From Candidatus Omnitrophota bacterium (GTDB taxonomy: Bacteria; Omnitrophota; Gorgyraeia; JABMRN01; RBG-13-46-9), in assembly GCA_016782425.1 (NCBI GenBank), contig JADHYN010000003.1, positions 36,821 to 100,820 on the forward strand: a DNA stretch of 64,000 bases. Reading direction: 5' to 3'. How positions within the stretch are numbered: the stretch's first letter is position 1; each line of letters begins with the position of its first letter. The translations under genes and the position numbers were made by a program. The notes beneath the pieces were generated by a model, which was not told where the DNA came from, ran no database searches, and saw nothing but the letters and a program-made list of their open reading frames with translations. This document shows, one piece after another, positions 36,619-46,603 of the stretch.

Positions 36619-38718
36619 TCAAAATCTGCAGCTTACACCGATCAGAAAATTTCTTCGCGGTGACGGGTAATATCCGGGTTTCGTCAAAGTGCTGTCTAGC
36701 GAGCCGTATTCAGAATATTCTTCGTCGGATATATTGTTTAGCGCGGCAAATATTTCCCAGCCGAAATCCTTATATGACAATTTAATATTATGGGTCAGGT
36801 ATGGTTTTAGCTTGGGTTGATCATTTTTAAGATCATTTATAAACCAACGCTCTCCTATGTAATTAGCGATGTAACCTAGATGTACTTTATCTATGAAATT
36901 ATAATTTATCCCCGCAGAAAATTGATGTTTTGGTGCTAGTGGTATTTCATTGCCTGCAAAATCATCCCCCACAAAAAACGCTTTTTGGTAGGCATAGTTG
37001 GCAAAGCCATGTATCATCTCGAAAAGAAATGTATTCGCCGTTATTTCAAGGCCGTGATGTATTGTGTGGTGATATACGGAGTTTTTGGTTATAGAAGGCA
37101 GTGGGTTGTAATATAGTTCATGTTTTATATCCATAATGTAATAATCGGCCTGGAACCCTATGTATTTAGATGAATTGTCTTTTATACCCACTTCGTAATT
37201 AAAGCCTACCTGGGGCTTAAGATCTGTATTCAGGCCCCCTTCTATCACGCCATCCCAGTAGTATGCGGTTTCAAACCATTCATCTGTTACCGGTAATCTA
37301 AAAAATCTCGAGTGCGTTGCATAAATCGATGATTTTTCGTTATACTTGAATGTCAGGCCGACGTCATAAGCGTATTCAAAAGGGGTTTTTCTCCCCCCCA
37401 GCGCAACCTGCTCTTGTTGGTCAAATTTAAACTTTGTCCATTCTGTCCGGATTCCCCCATTCAATATCAGATTAAGCGGGAGTTCGAGAGTATCGGTTAG
37501 ATAAAGCCCCAGCGAATCTTTGTGTATAACCACAAGATCGGGATTGCCGAATAATAAGCCGCCCTCCGAGCCGCCGTTTATCTCATCTGTATGTGTGTAA
37601 AGATCGAGCCCGGCAAGTACCCTATTTCCTATATTGAAAAAGTTTGTCGTAAAGGCAAGTTTTGGCGTAACGCCGAACGATTTGATGTGGTGGGCATTAA
37701 TCCAGTTCCCGAACGAATAGACATTGACGGAGCGTGTTCGCCTACCTCTTACAGAAATATCGCTCGAAAAGAGAACTTCCCCAAAGCCGAACGTATAGCT
37801 GATTTCAGGAGTGAGCATTAAGTATGCATCTTCGGTTCTGGCACGACTATCAGGTTCTTTGCTTCCCCTTCGACCTATAAGATTTATATCCTCGGGTTTA
37901 ACCGCCGCGGCCAAACCATACCAATCCTTGTGGTAGCTGCCATTTAGATGCAATGTTACATCTTCGGTAGGCTTAAGGCTCAGGTTTACGTCGTAATCCA
38001 CCGTCTCCAAATGGTTATTTATCCTGTAGCCATTAGTATATAATGTCGAAGCCGAACCGAAATAATCCAGAAAGTCGCTCCCGCCTTCAATGCTTCCTGA
38101 GAATGAGCTGTGCCTGTAGGAACCTGTCTCGTATTTAAAACGTATCTCGGGCTTTTTACCCTTTCCGGTTTTCGTAATGATATTGATTACACCGCCAACC
38201 GCGTTGTCACCATATAATGTGCTTTGAGGCCCTCTTACTACTTCGATTCTCTCAATCGCATCTGGATTAATCTGCGCCCAATCCGCGCCGGAGAGATCTA
38301 TCTGGTTTGTCCTCCGCCCATTAACCAAGACAAGCACATTTGAGGTAGCACTGTCTCCGAACCCTCTCATGTCAACCCGTAGGGCTTTGCCGTTACCCAG
38401 AAAATCGCTTACAAGTACACCGGCTTCCTTGCGAAGTATATCCGGAACATAGCGCTCGTGCGAATTCGCGATCTCTTGCGCGTCTATCACTGTTATATTT
38501 GCGTTCACATTAATCGATGGATCTCTATACCGTGTTGGCGTTACAACGATCGGATCTAGCCTTTGAGACGGTTGCAGCAAAATATCTAACGGTGAAAGTG
38601 CCTCGTCAAGAGTTTTCCCCAAGATACTTGCTCCTTTCCCTTCGTTTGCTAAAGTGGTGTTCGCGGCTAAGATGCACATAACTAAAATACATATTATCTT
38701 TTTCACTCTTTCCTCCAT
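36619..38718 (-). CDS. TonB-dependent receptor (BtuB-like by context)
   Basis: 699 aa with a signal peptide, a plug domain (IVVTPTR..., IERIEVVRGPQSTLYG) and a C-terminal beta-barrel ending in F. An alternative start at GTG 38706 has the SD GGAGGA. Confidence 0.85.
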   Translation of the reverse strand: MEERVKKIICILVMCILAANTTLANEGKGASILGKTLDEALSPLDILLQPSQRLDPIVVTPTRYRDPSINVNANITVIDAQEIANSHERYVPDILRKEAGVLVSDFLGNGKALRVDMRGFGDSATSNVLVLVNGRRTNQIDLSGADWAQINPDAIERIEVVRGPQSTLYGDNAVGGVINIITKTGKGKKPEIRFKYETGSYRHSSFSGSIEGGSDFLDYFGSASTLYTNGYRINNHLETVDYDVNLSLKPTEDVTLHLNGSYHKDWYGLAAAVKPEDINLIGRRGSKEPDSRARTEDAYLMLTPEISYTFGFGEVLFSSDISVRGRRTRSVNVYSFGNWINAHHIKSFGVTPKLAFTTNFFNIGNRVLAGLDLYTHTDEINGGSEGGLLFGNPDLVVIHKDSLGLYLTDTLELPLNLILNGGIRTEWTKFKFDQQEQVALGGRKTPFEYAYDVGLTFKYNEKSSIYATHSRFFRLPVTDEWFETAYYWDGVIEGGLNTDLKPQVGFNYEVGIKDNSSKYIGFQADYYIMDIKHELYYNPLPSITKNSVYHHTIHHGLEITANTFLFEMIHGFANYAYQKAFFVGDDFAGNEIPLAPKHQFSAGINYNFIDKVHLGYIANYIGERWFINDLKNDQPKLKPYLTHNIKLSYKDFGWEIFAALNNISDEEYSEYGSLDSTLTKPGYYPSPRRNFLIGVSCRF

Positions 38719-38726
38719 TTTCTTAC

Positions 38727-38762
38727 AAATAAAAAACCCTTGACATCATTTGACGTCAAGGG
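38727..38762 (-). terminator. intrinsic terminator forming the riboswitch expression platform
   Basis: On the minus strand, CCCTTGAC-GTCAAATGAT-GTCAAGGG is followed by TTTTTTATTT. It ends about 9 nt before the receptor ATG. Confidence 0.6.
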
Positions 38763-38842
38763 TTGCACCCTGATTTACTTTACCCTTTATATACTGATAT
38801 TCCTTCGATATCAGCGGTAAAAATTTTATTTTTACCGATTAA

Positions 38843-39030
38843 TATATAGGCAGGTCTTCTGGCTTCTACTTCGTCCTAATCGCCTTGCCTTCCCGGTTTT
38901 CACCAGTGGCTTACTAAGGCTTTCGTCCGTAGATACAGCGGCGGGACCGCGCCTCTTTTTTCCCCTTATCGTTTTTTGCATCGATCGGGATTTTAGGCTT
39001 CCCTTTTATGTCCACTTGGACACCTATATA
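38843..39030 (-). promoter_or_regulatory. cobalamin (B12) riboswitch aptamer
   Basis: On the minus strand: P1 TATATAGG...CCTATATA; GTCCAAGTGGAC hairpin; AAAAGGGAAGCC; GCGCGGTCCCGCCGCTGT; GCCACTGGTGAAAACCGGGAAGGC; and the B12 box AGCCAGAAGACCTGCC (38864..38849). Confidence 0.85.
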
Positions 39031-39057
39031 GAGCACACTTTTTTAAAGAACGGTGTT

Positions 39058-39086
39058 AGTGTAACAAATTCCGCGTTGCCTGTCAA
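39058..39086 (-). promoter_or_regulatory. sigma70-like promoter driving the riboswitch-receptor-tonB transcript
   Basis: On the minus strand: TTGACA (39086..39081), 17 nt, then TACACT (39063..39058), about 25 nt upstream of riboswitch P1. Confidence 0.5.
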
Positions 39087-39109
39087 TGTTAAAATTGCAA
39101 ACAATGTAT

Positions 39110-39631
39110 CTAAAACTCGATTCCAGGACGCGCTTTTATGCCTTTTTGATAAGGGTGCTTTACCTCTCTCATCTCCGTTACAAGATCGGCATACTTGAAA
39201 AGCGCTCGAGGACAATATCGGCCTGTCAGGACAAGTTCGACTGAAGACGGTTTTTGTTTTATGAGGGCGGTGACATCTTTTGTTTCGAGTAATCCGAGAT
39301 TCAGTGCAATATTTACTTCGTCGAGCACAACAAGGTCGTACCTGCCGGAGGCAATGTTGGTTTGCGCTTTCCTTAATCCTTTTCGCGCGCGTTCTCGGTC
39401 TTCTTTGTCGGGTTTTTTCTTTATAAAGCAACCCCTGCCGCACTGTTCGATTTTTATATTTTTTATCTTTTTGAGTATCCTTATTTCACTATATGTTTTT
39501 CCCTTGATAAATTGCAATATGTAAACCTTACCTCCGGCGCCTGCGGCGCGTATTGCCAAACCAAATGCCGCGGTGGTTTTACCTTTGCCGTTACCAGTAT
39601 AAATCTGTACAAGGCCCTTTTTAAGCTTCAT
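39110..39631 (-). CDS. cobO: cob(I)yrinic acid a,c-diamide / cob(I)alamin adenosyltransferase
   Basis: 173 aa with GLVQIYTGNGKGKTTAAFGLA.RA.G.G.KV...QF.KG and LDE...A...... Confidence 0.85.
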   Translation of the reverse strand: MKLKKGLVQIYTGNGKGKTTAAFGLAIRAAGAGGKVYILQFIKGKTYSEIRILKKIKNIKIEQCGRGCFIKKKPDKEDRERARKGLRKAQTNIASGRYDLVVLDEVNIALNLGLLETKDVTALIKQKPSSVELVLTGRYCPRALFKYADLVTEMREVKHPYQKGIKARPGIEF

Positions 39632-40113
39632 GTCAATATTTCTTTTCCCGCCAGGCTTAACCCTAATACGATAAGTCCCGCGATAACGACACCGAGGACG
39701 ATCGAGATAAGCGCATAGCGAAACCGAATTTTAAAGAGGGTAGCCGCCACGCACCCCGTCCAAGCGCCAGTTACCGGTAGCGGTATTGCGACAAACAAAA
39801 TGAGGCCAAGGGCTTCAAACTTCTCCACAAGAGTGGCTTTTCTCTTGGTTCTTTCGAATAACCAGTCGAAAAACTTCTCAAATATTTTTATATGCCGCAG
39901 TTTATTAGTAACAGGTTGCAACAAAAAAAGTAACGGCACAATGGGAATGATGTTTCCTATAAACGCCAGCACATAAGCCTTAAGCGGCGAAAAATCCATG
40001 GCTATAGCAAGCGGTATCGCCCCCCTCAATTCAGAGACAGGTAGCGCTGCAAGGATTACCACGGCTATTTCCCTGTTAAACGCGACAAGTGAATTTGTAA
40101 TCTGGTCTAACAT
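39628..40113 (-). CDS. COG2426-type small membrane protein (putative small multidrug export family)
   Basis: 161 aa with 4 TM helices and the motif LPVSELRGAIPLA. Confidence 0.55.
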   Translation of the reverse strand: MLDQITNSLVAFNREIAVVILAALPVSELRGAIPLAIAMDFSPLKAYVLAFIGNIIPIVPLLFLLQPVTNKLRHIKIFEKFFDWLFERTKRKATLVEKFEALGLILFVAIPLPVTGAWTGCVAATLFKIRFRYALISIVLGVVIAGLIVLGLSLAGKEILT

Positions 40114-40119
40114 AGCCTT

Positions 40120-40761
40120 TTATTTGCTCCAGCCTTCTTTTCCGACGAGAGGCACGAAAACACAGCCACACACCTCAGTAGTAAAAACACCGTCGCGAGT
40201 TTTTTTGATAACGGTTAATACCTGACCAAACATTGATCCTACGGGTATGACGAGCTTGCCGCCAGCATTAAGTTGCTTGATATAGGCATCCGGTATTTTC
40301 GGCGCGGCCGCCGTAATAATGATGCCGTCGTATGGCGCGTATTCATCCCATCCCAATGTCCCGTCACTGACATTTATTTTGATGTTATCATATTCCAATT
40401 TTTTTAGAACAGAAAAAGCATGCTTTGCAAGCGAGGCTACACGCTCTACAGAGTAAACCTCTTTTGCGAGGTTTGCAAGAATTGCTGCTTGATAACCGCT
40501 TCCCGTTCCTATTTCAAGAATTTTTTCATTCCCTTTTAAATCCAGGCATTGAGTCATCAATGCCACCATGTAGGGTTGTGAAATAGTCTGCCCTTCTCCG
40601 ATGGGTAGCGGGTGATCCTCATAGGCATTCTGGTGTAATGATGGCGACACAAATTCGTGACGCTCGACCTTGCGGAAAATATCCAGAACTTTTTTATCCG
40701 ATATTCCCCTCGGAATGAGCTGTTCGTCGACCATCTTGTTACGACGGGCAGTATAATCCAT
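40120..40761 (-). CDS. pcm: protein-L-isoaspartate O-methyltransferase
   Basis: 213 aa with GQTISQPYMVA and the SAM motif LEIGTGSGYQAA. Confidence 0.9.
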   Translation of the reverse strand: MDYTARRNKMVDEQLIPRGISDKKVLDIFRKVERHEFVSPSLHQNAYEDHPLPIGEGQTISQPYMVALMTQCLDLKGNEKILEIGTGSGYQAAILANLAKEVYSVERVASLAKHAFSVLKKLEYDNIKINVSDGTLGWDEYAPYDGIIITAAAPKIPDAYIKQLNAGGKLVIPVGSMFGQVLTVIKKTRDGVFTTEVCGCVFVPLVGKEGWSK

Positions 40762-40765
40762 ATGC

Positions 40766-41458
40766 CTACTTAAAATACGATTTTACAAGAAGAGATACGA
40801 ACCTCAGTGCATCTTTTACAGGGCGTATGCGGCTTAATTCGTCTCTGTAGATAGTTCTTATCGGTATGGAAGCTACCTTAAATTTTTTTTGCGAAGCCTT
40901 TATAAGCATCTCTGATTCGAGATCGTATTTGTCTAACTCGAGTTTTACCTGCTTCAGGACCCGGCGCCTTATAAGGCGAAAACCGCACTGCGTATCCGGG
41001 ATGCGTTGCTTGCACAGTGTCGAAAGCAAAAAAGACATAAATTTGTTTGTCGCAAGCCTCATAATCGGCATATTTTTTGTAGACGCCATCCTGTTGCCTA
41101 CTACGATATCATCACCGTATTTCTCCGCGTGGGATATGAACTTCTGGATATCCCGAGGATCGTGCTGGGCATCTCCGTCCATCACGATGATTACGTCGAA
41201 GCTTGTCATCCGCATTATAAAATCAAATCCTTCCTTGAGAGAGGCGCCCTTGCCCAGATTTTTAATATGCCGCATTGCAAGCGCCCCGTTTTCAGTGGCA
41301 ACCTTTTCTGTGTTGTCCGTGGATCCGTCGTCGATCACGATGACCTCAAACCCCGCCTCCTTTATTTTTCTTACGATGTCGCCTATGGTTTTTTCTTCAT
41401 TGTACGATGGTATTAAAACGCAAACTCTCATTCTAGTCCCACATCCTCCTGAATGCAT
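40766..41458 (-). CDS. family 2 glycosyltransferase (polyprenol-phosphate sugar transferase-like)
   Basis: The motifs are VLIPSYNEE, VIDDGSTD and MDGDAQHDP. The likely start is the internal ATG at 41431 (MRVCVLIP). Confidence 0.8.
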   Translation of the reverse strand: MHSGGCGTRMRVCVLIPSYNEEKTIGDIVRKIKEAGFEVIVIDDGSTDNTEKVATENGALAMRHIKNLGKGASLKEGFDFIMRMTSFDVIIVMDGDAQHDPRDIQKFISHAEKYGDDIVVGNRMASTKNMPIMRLATNKFMSFLLSTLCKQRIPDTQCGFRLIRRRVLKQVKLELDKYDLESEMLIKASQKKFKVASIPIRTIYRDELSRIRPVKDALRFVSLLVKSYFK

Positions 41459-42287
41459 ACCACTGGTCCGGAAAGGATTGTATATAGCGTTCGAGTACAG
41501 ACATATATTCCTCTATCGTGCGTTTTATATCCGCATCCTTATCGCCGGTTGGCCGGCTTATCAGGGGTTCCTCCACTATAAAACGAAAAGTGTCATCCTT
41601 CTTACGTATTAAGAATGTGGGTACAATAGGAGCGCCTGTCTTTAAGCTGAAAGACGCAGGACCCCTTGGCAGGATCGTTGAGCGACCGAAGAAATCCGCT
41701 TTTACGCCGTGATTGGAAAAATCCCTGTCGCCGACAATAGCCAAAAAACTATTCTCTCGTAATACCTTGAAACAATTTTTAAGCTGGGCGCCTACCGGTA
41801 TTATTTTCACGTTGGCAGTTGCGCGCTGTTCCAGAAAAAAATTGTTGACCTTTTTATCCTTGTGATCTAACGTAATGGCATAAAAGGGATACCCGAGACT
41901 TTCTACAAACGCAGCTCCGAGCTCCCAATTCCCGAGGTGTGCGGACAAGAGAATCGCTCCTTTTCCACCCGAGCGCATCTTGTCCAGATTTTCTTTACCC
42001 TCGATGGTTATGTGTTTCAGAATATAATCCCGGCTTAATTTCGAAAACCTAAAAAAGTCAACCAGGTACTTCGCAAAGTTCCTGAATATGTTTTTTATGT
42101 GGGTTTTTAATAGTTTTCGGTCGTTCGTCTTAAGAACAATGCTTAAATTGTATTCTAGGTTTCTTCTATCATCCCGCGCAAAAAGGCGATAAATATCCGC
42201 CAGTACGATAGCGACTTTATAACACGTACCAAGCGGAAGTTTTAAGACAAGATATCTTCCGGCCTTGAAGAAAAAATACAACATCAC
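41433..42287 (-). CDS. LpxL/HtrB-family lysophospholipid (lipid A biosynthesis-type) acyltransferase
   Basis: 284 aa with an N-terminal TM helix, the SAHLGNWE motif and FPDQWY near the C-terminus. Confidence 0.75.
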   Translation of the reverse strand: MMLYFFFKAGRYLVLKLPLGTCYKVAIVLADIYRLFARDDRRNLEYNLSIVLKTNDRKLLKTHIKNIFRNFAKYLVDFFRFSKLSRDYILKHITIEGKENLDKMRSGGKGAILLSAHLGNWELGAAFVESLGYPFYAITLDHKDKKVNNFFLEQRATANVKIIPVGAQLKNCFKVLRENSFLAIVGDRDFSNHGVKADFFGRSTILPRGPASFSLKTGAPIVPTFLIRKKDDTFRFIVEEPLISRPTGDKDADIKRTIEEYMSVLERYIQSFPDQWYAFRRMWD

Positions 42288-43402
42288 ATTACCTTCTCTA
42301 GCACGGTCTGGGCTATATCGTGGGCGCTATTCGGTCTTGAAAACGCCTTCGCGCGCTCTTGCATGTTCTTGAGTGCAGAGGGATTTGACAATAACTCCTT
42401 TACAAAAACCCCAACATCCTGCAGATTGTCGATTTTGATCGCAATTTTATTTTCTACAAGATGGTCTGTATTCATCTGTTCGTGCCCCGGTATGGGTTTT
42501 ATAATCAATACGGCCAGCCCCTTAGCCGCAGCTTCGCTTATGGTTATGCCGCCCGGCTTACTGATAATCAAAGAGGATATTCCCATGAGTTCGTCTATAT
42601 TTTCCGTATATCCGTAGACAATGGTTTTCTTGCTAAAGCGCAGTGTGTGTTTTTTCAGATAACGATAGAGTTTTTTATTGCCGCCTGCGACAACGACAAT
42701 TTGAAATTTTATCGCGAGATTATTGAGAATATTCATGATTTCGCGAATAGGACCGAACCCCTGGCTGCCACCCATCACGAGAACTACGGGTTCTCTCGGC
42801 GATAGATTTAACGAATCGATGATTTTGTCCTTAGCAATAATTTTTTTGAATTTTGATTCAATCGGAATTCCCGTAAGCTTAAACTTGTCCGGCGAGACAC
42901 CGTTCGATATGAGTTTTTCCCGCGTTTCTTCGGATGGGACAAAATACACATCAACACTGTCGTATACCCAGTAAGAATGCGGGGCGTAATCGGTAAGGAC
43001 GCCTGCAAGCAAGAGACTTGACCCGTGCGTTTTTTTGTAGTCTGCTATGATCCCACACGGAAACGCCTGCGTGCAGATAACGGCATGCGGCTTAAACCTG
43101 TCAAGGAGATTCTTGGTTTTGTGCGAGTTGTATTTGTGGATTGAGTCTCTTAATCTCTGGGTCTTTTCAACGACTCTTGGGTTGTCATAAAGGTATCCCC
43201 ACACTTCGGGTTTCTTCTTTATGATTTCCATGTAAGCCTTGTTTACGATCTTCTCGAGGATAGGATTCGTGTAGCAGAAGGAATCTACGTTTAGCGTTTC
43301 GACATCATCCGATAGTTCGTGAAAGGCTTTTTCGATTGCATGACTTGCATGGTAGTGCCCCGAGTTCTTAGAAATGTACATCAATAAAATATGTTTCTTC
43401 AT
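42284..43402 (-). CDS. MGDG-synthase-family (GT28) diacylglycerol glycosyltransferase
   Basis: 372 aa beginning ILLMYISKNSGHYHASHAI, with a C-terminal GT-B domain (GGSQG, SKPGGITISEA). Confidence 0.75.
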   Translation of the reverse strand: MKKHILLMYISKNSGHYHASHAIEKAFHELSDDVETLNVDSFCYTNPILEKIVNKAYMEIIKKKPEVWGYLYDNPRVVEKTQRLRDSIHKYNSHKTKNLLDRFKPHAVICTQAFPCGIIADYKKTHGSSLLLAGVLTDYAPHSYWVYDSVDVYFVPSEETREKLISNGVSPDKFKLTGIPIESKFKKIIAKDKIIDSLNLSPREPVVLVMGGSQGFGPIREIMNILNNLAIKFQIVVVAGGNKKLYRYLKKHTLRFSKKTIVYGYTENIDELMGISSLIISKPGGITISEAAAKGLAVLIIKPIPGHEQMNTDHLVENKIAIKIDNLQDVGVFVKELLSNPSALKNMQERAKAFSRPNSAHDIAQTVLEKVM

Positions 43403-44583
43403 GTCTCCATTTCTAAAACGCGCTTTATTCTTTTAACGGCTTTGTTGATTCGATCGATATTCTCGACCAGCGCAAATCTCACATACCCCTCGCCGTATTC
43501 CCCGAAGCCAGTTCCGGGTGCTATGACAACCCCGGTTTCTTTTATTAAAAGCGCGACAAACTCCATTGAAGTCAAAGCACTATATTTATCGGGTATGCGA
43601 GCCCACACATAGAAGGTTGCCTTGGGTAGCGGCGCCACCCAGCCTATTTCTTTTAGCCCTGCTACGAGGGCATCGCGTCTTTTCTTATATGTTGCGACAG
43701 TCTTTTTTACACAGGACTGAGATCCGGTGAGTGCCTTAATAGCTGCGTATTGTATCGGCTTGAATGTGCCGAAGTCGATATAGCTTTTCGTTTTTGCTAG
43801 CGTCTTTAAAATGTCTCTATTGCCAACAGCAAAACCCATTCTCCAGCCGGCCATGTTGTACGACTTCGAACAGGTATGGAATTCTATCGACATTTCCCTG
43901 GCGCCTTTTACCTGCAATATGCTGGGAGCCTTATAATCATCGAAAACAATATCGGAATAAGCTAGATCGTGCCCGATTATGATATTTTTCCCTTTCGCCC
44001 AGCCTACGACCCCCTGCAGGAACCCGGGACTTGCAATGGCTGCTGTGGGGTTGTGGGGATAGCTCAAAAAAAGGAGTTTGGACTTGTCCGCAATATTTTT
44101 GGGGACGGTTTTCAGATCCGGCAAATACCCGTCCTTTTCGTATATGGGAATATTGTGCAACACCCCCCCGGCTATCAGCACGCCGTTAAAATGAACCGGA
44201 TAAGCCGGATTTGGCACAAGCGCTACATCGTCATTGTTCAAAAAGGCTAATGAAAGATGGGCGATGCCCTCTTTCGAGCCTATGAGTGGCAAGACCTCAT
44301 TTTCCGGATCCAGTTCGACACCGAATTTAGCATAATACCATTTTGCTATCGCTTCTCTTAATTTTACTTCGGATTCATCTATCGAACGCGAGTATCTGTA
44401 GTTTGCCTTCAGGTGGGCCTGGCTGCAGAGTTCGTTTACGATATGTTGCGGTGTCGGTTGGTCCGGATTTCCCATGCCGAGATCGATTATATCAACGCCT
44501 TTTTTTATCGCTTCTTCTTTTAACCTGTCTATTATTGTAAAAAGATATAGCGGTAACCTCTTCAGTCTATTTGCTTCTTGCAT
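43399..44583 (-). CDS. class I/II PLP-dependent aminotransferase
   Basis: 394 aa with LPLYLF...IDLGMGNPD, the NPTA motif, and the PLP-lysine region TCSKSYNMAGWR. Confidence 0.8.
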   Translation of the reverse strand: MQEANRLKRLPLYLFTIIDRLKEEAIKKGVDIIDLGMGNPDQPTPQHIVNELCSQAHLKANYRYSRSIDESEVKLREAIAKWYYAKFGVELDPENEVLPLIGSKEGIAHLSLAFLNNDDVALVPNPAYPVHFNGVLIAGGVLHNIPIYEKDGYLPDLKTVPKNIADKSKLLFLSYPHNPTAAIASPGFLQGVVGWAKGKNIIIGHDLAYSDIVFDDYKAPSILQVKGAREMSIEFHTCSKSYNMAGWRMGFAVGNRDILKTLAKTKSYIDFGTFKPIQYAAIKALTGSQSCVKKTVATYKKRRDALVAGLKEIGWVAPLPKATFYVWARIPDKYSALTSMEFVALLIKETGVVIAPGTGFGEYGEGYVRFALVENIDRINKAVKRIKRVLEMET

Positions 44584-45508
44584 TTTTTCTTTCTCCTAGT
44601 TTGCCTAAAGCATCTTTTACGAGTTTCGCAGATTTTCTTAATGCCCCGAGCTCATCCGGAGGCAATTTCCACTCCAGGATTTTTTCAACCCCTGACTTTC
44701 CTAGTTTTGCCGGAACGCCTATTGCGCAATCGCGCATTCCGTACTCGCCCTCCAAAATGCAGGAGCAGGGAATCGTTTTTTTCTCGTCATTTATAATCGC
44801 CCTCAGAATCTCGAAGCAGGCCGCGCTTGGTGAATAATATGCGCTGCCGGATTTTAAAAGGGCGATGACTTCGCCACCCCTCTTCTTTGTGCGTGCAAGA
44901 AGGCTTGTAATGTTTTCTTTGTCGAGCACGTTCTCCAGGGGTTTGCCGTCAATAAGGGTTTTTGAAACAAGGGGCACCATTGTATCGCCGTGGCTACCCA
45001 GTACGAACGTCTCAATTTTGTCCGGCGGTACACCGGTCTGGCGGAATAATAGGGCTTTAAATCTCGCGGTATCCAGGTTTCCGGCCATGCCGATGATTTT
45101 CCGACGATCGCACCCACTTTCCTTATATGCGAGATACGTCATAATGTCCAGCGGATTGGTGACAATTACGAGAATCGCCTCCGGGGAATTTTTTTTTATG
45201 TTTTTCAAAACTTCCTTGATTATCTCCGAGTTTTTATGTATCAGGTTATCTCTTGTCATGCCAGGTTTGCGCGGAAACCCGGCCGTTATAACGACAATTT
45301 GCGAATTGCGTATTTCATTGTAGTCGCCTGTGCCAATTACACTTTTTTTGTAGTCCATAAGTGGACGCGTATCGGCGAGGTCAAAGGCCTTGGCTTTTGC
45401 GAGGTCTTCTCTTATGTCGAGGAGAACAACGTCCGCCAAACCATGATTTAAGATCCGCTCTGCAAGAGTCGAACCGACATTTCCCGCTCCGACAATCGAT
45501 ATTTTCAT
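44567..45508 (-). CDS. mdh: malate dehydrogenase (LDH-like family)
   Basis: 313 aa with IVGAGNVGS. The segment GFPRKPGMTRDNL has Arg at the substrate-discriminating position, as in MDHs. Confidence 0.85.
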   Translation of the reverse strand: MKISIVGAGNVGSTLAERILNHGLADVVLLDIREDLAKAKAFDLADTRPLMDYKKSVIGTGDYNEIRNSQIVVITAGFPRKPGMTRDNLIHKNSEIIKEVLKNIKKNSPEAILVIVTNPLDIMTYLAYKESGCDRRKIIGMAGNLDTARFKALLFRQTGVPPDKIETFVLGSHGDTMVPLVSKTLIDGKPLENVLDKENITSLLARTKKRGGEVIALLKSGSAYYSPSAACFEILRAIINDEKKTIPCSCILEGEYGMRDCAIGVPAKLGKSGVEKILEWKLPPDELGALRKSAKLVKDALGKLGERKNARSK

Positions 45509-45520
45509 AAGCTTTTCGCT

Positions 45521-46603
45521 TTACCTTTTCAGTTTTTCGATAATCGCGTCCGCCATCTCTTGCGTTCCGACGGCACTTGGATCGTTTCTGTCTTTTTTTA
45601 AATCGTATGTTACGGATTTCCCCTCTTTTATTACCTCCGCAACCGCATTTTCAAGCCTTTCGGCCGGCTCTTTTTCTCCTAAATGTTTCAACATCAAAAC
45701 GGCTGAGAGTATTATCGCCACGGGGTTTACCTTGTTTTTTCCCTTATATTTCGGTGCGCTTCCGTGCGTCGGCTCGAATAACGCGATGTCTTTTCCGATA
45801 TTCGCGCCCGGTGCGACACCCAATCCGCCCACGAGACCGGCGCATAAATCGGATATTATGTCACCATACAGGTTTGGTAATACCAACACGTCATACAGGG
45901 TCGGTTTCTGGACAAGCTGCATACACATGTTATCGACGATCCTGTCCTCGAACTCTATATCGGGAAATTTTTTCGAAACCGCCCTTGCGACTTCGAGAAA
46001 AAGCCCGTCCGTGTGCTTCATGATATTGGCTTTGTGAATCGCAGTAACTTTTTTTCGATTATTCTCCTTGGCATACGTGAATGCAAATTCCACTATCCGT
46101 CTCGATGCGCTTTCTGATATCGGCTTGATACTCAATGCGGAACCCTTTTGGATTTTCACGCCGGAATTTTTCTCGACCAAAGAAATAACCTCCTGGACGG
46201 CTTGCGTTCCCTTTTCGAACTCTATCCCTGCGTAAAGGTCTTCGGTGTTCTCCCTGACTATTACAAGATCTACGTTATCGTAGTTGGATCTTACACCCTT
46301 ATACAGCTTGCACGGCCTGACGCACGCAAAAAGATCGAGCGTCTGCCTCATTTTAACGTTTACACTGCGAAAACCCGTGCCGAGGGGGGTGACGATCGGT
46401 CCCTTTATCGCGATCTTGTTTTTCTTTATAGAGTTAAGTACGGAATTAGGAAGAGGTGTTTTATATTTTTCGATCACATCAGTGCCGGCCTCCGCAACTT
46501 CCCAGTTGATTTCTGCGCCGCTTGCATCGACACAGCGCTTCATCGCGGAACTTATTTCCGGACCGATTCCGTCTCCAGGAATTAAAGTAACGTTATGCTT
46601 CAA
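45521..46603 (-). CDS. icd: isocitrate dehydrogenase (NAD-type, IDH/IPMDH superfamily)
   Basis: 360 aa with IPGDGIGPE. The segment [26 protein letters not shown] carries the isocitrate-type S-x-N...R signature rather than the LeuB GGPKW region. Confidence 0.75.
   Translation of the reverse strand: MKHNVTLIPGDGIGPEISSAMKRCVDASGAEINWEVAEAGTDVIEKYKTPLPNSVLNSIKKNKIAIKGPIVTPLGTGFRSVNVKMRQTLDLFACVRPCKLYKGVRSNYDNVDLVIVRENTEDLYAGIEFEKGTQAVQEVISLVEKNSGVKIQKGSALSIKPISESASRRIVEFAFTYAKENNRKKVTAIHKANIMKHTDGLFLEVARAVSKKFPDIEFEDRIVDNMCMQLVQKPTLYDVLVLPNLYGDIISDLCAGLVGGLGVAPGANIGKDIALFEPTHGSAPKYKGKNKVNPVAIILSAVLMLKHLGEKEPAERLENAVAEVIKEGKSVTYDLKKDRNDPSAVGTQEMADAIIEKLKR

Noticed and set aside
39016-39443. ORFs 39024-39443 (-) and 39016-39198 (+), which overlap cobO and the riboswitch leader.
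   Set aside because: They overlap the clearly recognisable cobO frame and the promoter/riboswitch region. Their Arg/Cys-rich translations have no family resemblance.
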